Shown: piece by piece, positions 63,401 through 64,000 of the stretch
How the letters are laid out: each line of letters begins with the position of its first letter
Numbering within the stretch: position 1 is the first letter of the stretch
Origin: Verrucomicrobiales bacterium
Lineage (GTDB): Bacteria > Verrucomicrobiota > Verrucomicrobiia > Verrucomicrobiales > DEV007
DNA length: 64,000 nucleotides
NCBI GenBank assembly: GCA_029233965.1
Contig: JARGOP010000012.1
Coordinates: 30,779-94,778 of the forward strand
Direction: 5' to 3'
Position numbers and translations under genes: made by a program
The notes under the pieces: generated by a model
The model's input: only the letters and a program-made list of their open reading frames with translations
Told to the model about the DNA's origin: nothing
Database searches by the model: none

Positions 63401-63640
63401 GCCGAGGGGCGTCCCAACGTTCTCGATATGATCAAGAACGGTGAGATCGTCATGGTCATCAACACGCCGAGTGGACGGATTCCGCGTCGCGACGAGGTTT
63501 CGATCCGCAGCGGGGCCCTCGCGAACCGGGTTCCGATTATCACCACCCTGAGAGCGGCTCATGCCTGCGTCCGTTCGATTCGTTCGCTTAAGTCTTCGGA
63601 CATGGGCGTGAGGGCACTTCAGGAGTACCATCCCGGCTGA
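60437..63640 (+). CDS. carB: Carbamoyl-phosphate synthase large subunit
   Basis: [23 protein letters not shown] near the N-terminus, a duplicated ATP-grasp halves architecture and an MGS-like C-terminus. The start is set at ATG 60437 (MPRDTSIKK). Confidence 0.95.
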   Translation: MPRDTSIKKILLIGSGPIVIGQGCEFDYSGVQACKALQEEGYTVVLVNSNPATIMTDPEFAFRTYVEPITAEVVQKIIEKEKPDALLPTLGGQTALNTAMELFNSGYLDKAGVRMIGANAEAIEKGEDRLLFKEAMTRIGLDMPISGVAHTIDEGYKIAAEIGSFPLIVRPAYTLGGTGGGIAYNKEDFDVIVRRGLDLSPVTEVLIEESLLGWKEYEMEVMRDHADNCVVICSIENFDPMGVHTGDSITVAPAQTLTDREYQHMRDASFAVIREIGVETGGSNIQFSINPENGRMIVIEMNPRVSRSSALASKATGFPIAKIAAKLAVGYTLDEIPNDITRETPASFEPTIDYCVVKIPRFTFEKFRDADATLTTQMKSVGEAMSIGRTFKEALQKALRSLETGRSGLGSDGKDGNPDISYIRERLATPNAERIFFVRLAFEAGLTLEQIHDLSKIDPWFLKNIEDLIIAEGELGTDLDAMDFKRAKKLGFSDAQLACITGTSHDEVRVKRKDAGVIPTYRLVDTCAAEFEAYTPYYYSTYGIENEARESDKKKVMILGGGPNRIGQGIEFDYCCVHAAFALKELGFESIMVNSNPETVSTDYDTSDKLYFEPLTLEDVLNIYEQEECWGAIVQFGGQTPLNLAADMERHGCNIIGTSPTSIEQAEDRKFFSALLDKLGLKQAPAGTAVSSDEAVEIAGRIGYPVLVRPSFVLGGRAMMIVYHDDELREYMQNAVDVSPDRPVLVDRFLEDATEVDVDCISDGDTTVVGAIMEHIEEAGIHSGDSACVIPSFSLTDSMREQISIAAKALAVELGVRGLMNIQFAVKDEELYVIEVNPRASRTVPFVSKAIGVPLAKLAAKVMAGEKLVDLGFTEPVYPTHYSVKEAVFPFSKFPGIDISLGPEMKSTGEVMGIDADLGMAYAKAQMAASSQLPSEGNIFISVKDRDKEEAIGLAKEFSDMGFTIFSTSGTAERFSEAGVPVHRLHKLAEGRPNVLDMIKNGEIVMVINTPSGRIPRRDEVSIRSGALANRVPIITTLRAAHACVRSIRSLKSSDMGVRALQEYHPG

Positions 63641-63724
63641 GGAAGGGATCGCTTCGTAGACGAAAAATTTGCTTGGCGTCGCGGAAATCGGGATTAGGAT
63701 AAAGCTGTTCAAAAGAATAGTTTC

Positions 63725-64000
63725 ATGGATCACGAGAGCGAGGAACCCGAATTTCCCAATTGGTGGGATGTGCTTGATGAGTCGGTGAAAGATCGACGAG
63801 ATTTCACCGATGAGGCCGGGTCGTCGGGCGTTGTCCTTTCCCCGGAAGATGAGGAAAGGAATGGCATTCCAAGTGGCAGCGGGAGCAGTGGAAGTGGCGG
63901 GAGCGTCTCTGAGCCTGCTCCAGCGCAATATTCCGTTAATGTCGGTCGCGGCTACGAGCGCGAGGTGATCGAAAACGTTTGGAATTTTGCCGAAATTATT
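63725..64000 (+). CDS. Partial ORF (N-terminal 92 codons; continues off-window), unknown function
   Basis: Own translation: MDHESEEPEFPNWWDVLDESVKDRRDFTDEAGSSGVVLSPEDEERNGIPSGSGSSGSGGSVSEPAPAQYSVNVGRGYEREVIENVWNFAEII. No stop before the window end, so it is absent from the ORF track. Confidence 0.35.
   Translation, partial: MDHESEEPEFPNWWDVLDESVKDRRDFTDEAGSSGVVLSPEDEERNGIPSGSGSSGSGGSVSEPAPAQYSVNVGRGYEREVIENVWNFAEII

Noticed and set aside
1-64000. Genomic island, prophage or mobile element
   Set aside because: No integrase, transposase, tRNA attachment site, inverted or direct terminal repeats, or phage structural genes were recognised. Housekeeping genes are interspersed throughout.

Overview
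64-kb chromosomal segment with moderately high GC. The gene content is typical of the PVC superphylum, most likely Verrucomicrobiota (Opitutae-like) or possibly Planctomycetota. That placement is an inference from four things: DUF1501/DUF1549/DUF1553/PSCyt family proteins, three Cys-type sulfatases, a TAT-exported Gfo/Idh/MocA enzyme and frequent non-SD starts. I support about 48 protein-coding genes, 4 hairpin terminators and one candidate heat-shock promoter. I found no rRNA, tRNA, CRISPR array, transposase, integrase or prophage signature, so the window looks like core chromosome rather than a mobile island. All family calls come from motifs read by eye in the ORF translations; no HMM or BLAST search was possible. 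Main blocks, in order: (1) 1-10.3 kb: nadD, an orphan ABC ATPase, then an ExbB-ExbD-ExbD motor with no TonB, followed by a 1043-aa TPR protein and a secreted helical protein. (2) 11.5-18.7 kb: envelope and lipid genes (rsmD-waaA-plsY-gpsA, divergent AsmA-like). (3) 18.8-23.7 kb: htpG, a secreted EF-hand protein, a fructosamine-kinase/LMW-PTP pair and a D-2-hydroxyacid dehydrogenase. (4) 23.7-28.5 kb: a TAT-exported oxidoreductase plus two sulfatases. (5) 29.4-46.4 kb: the most interesting part, about 17 kb holding five large exported proteins of unknown function. These are a cytochrome-c-motif/WD40/700-aa coiled-coil protein, DUF1501, a double-PPC-domain protein, a PSCyt/Big2/DUF1549/DUF1553 protein and a 2085-aa giant orphan. 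(6) 46.5-54.9 kb: an M20 peptidase, a LolA-like protein plus FtsX permease with no ATPase, DedA, a third sulfatase and an MsbA-like exporter. (7) 55-64 kb: a NusG paralog heading heptose genes (hldA, gmhA), a solitary bacterial dynamin-like GTPase, a flavin reductase, carB and a partial ORF at the window edge.
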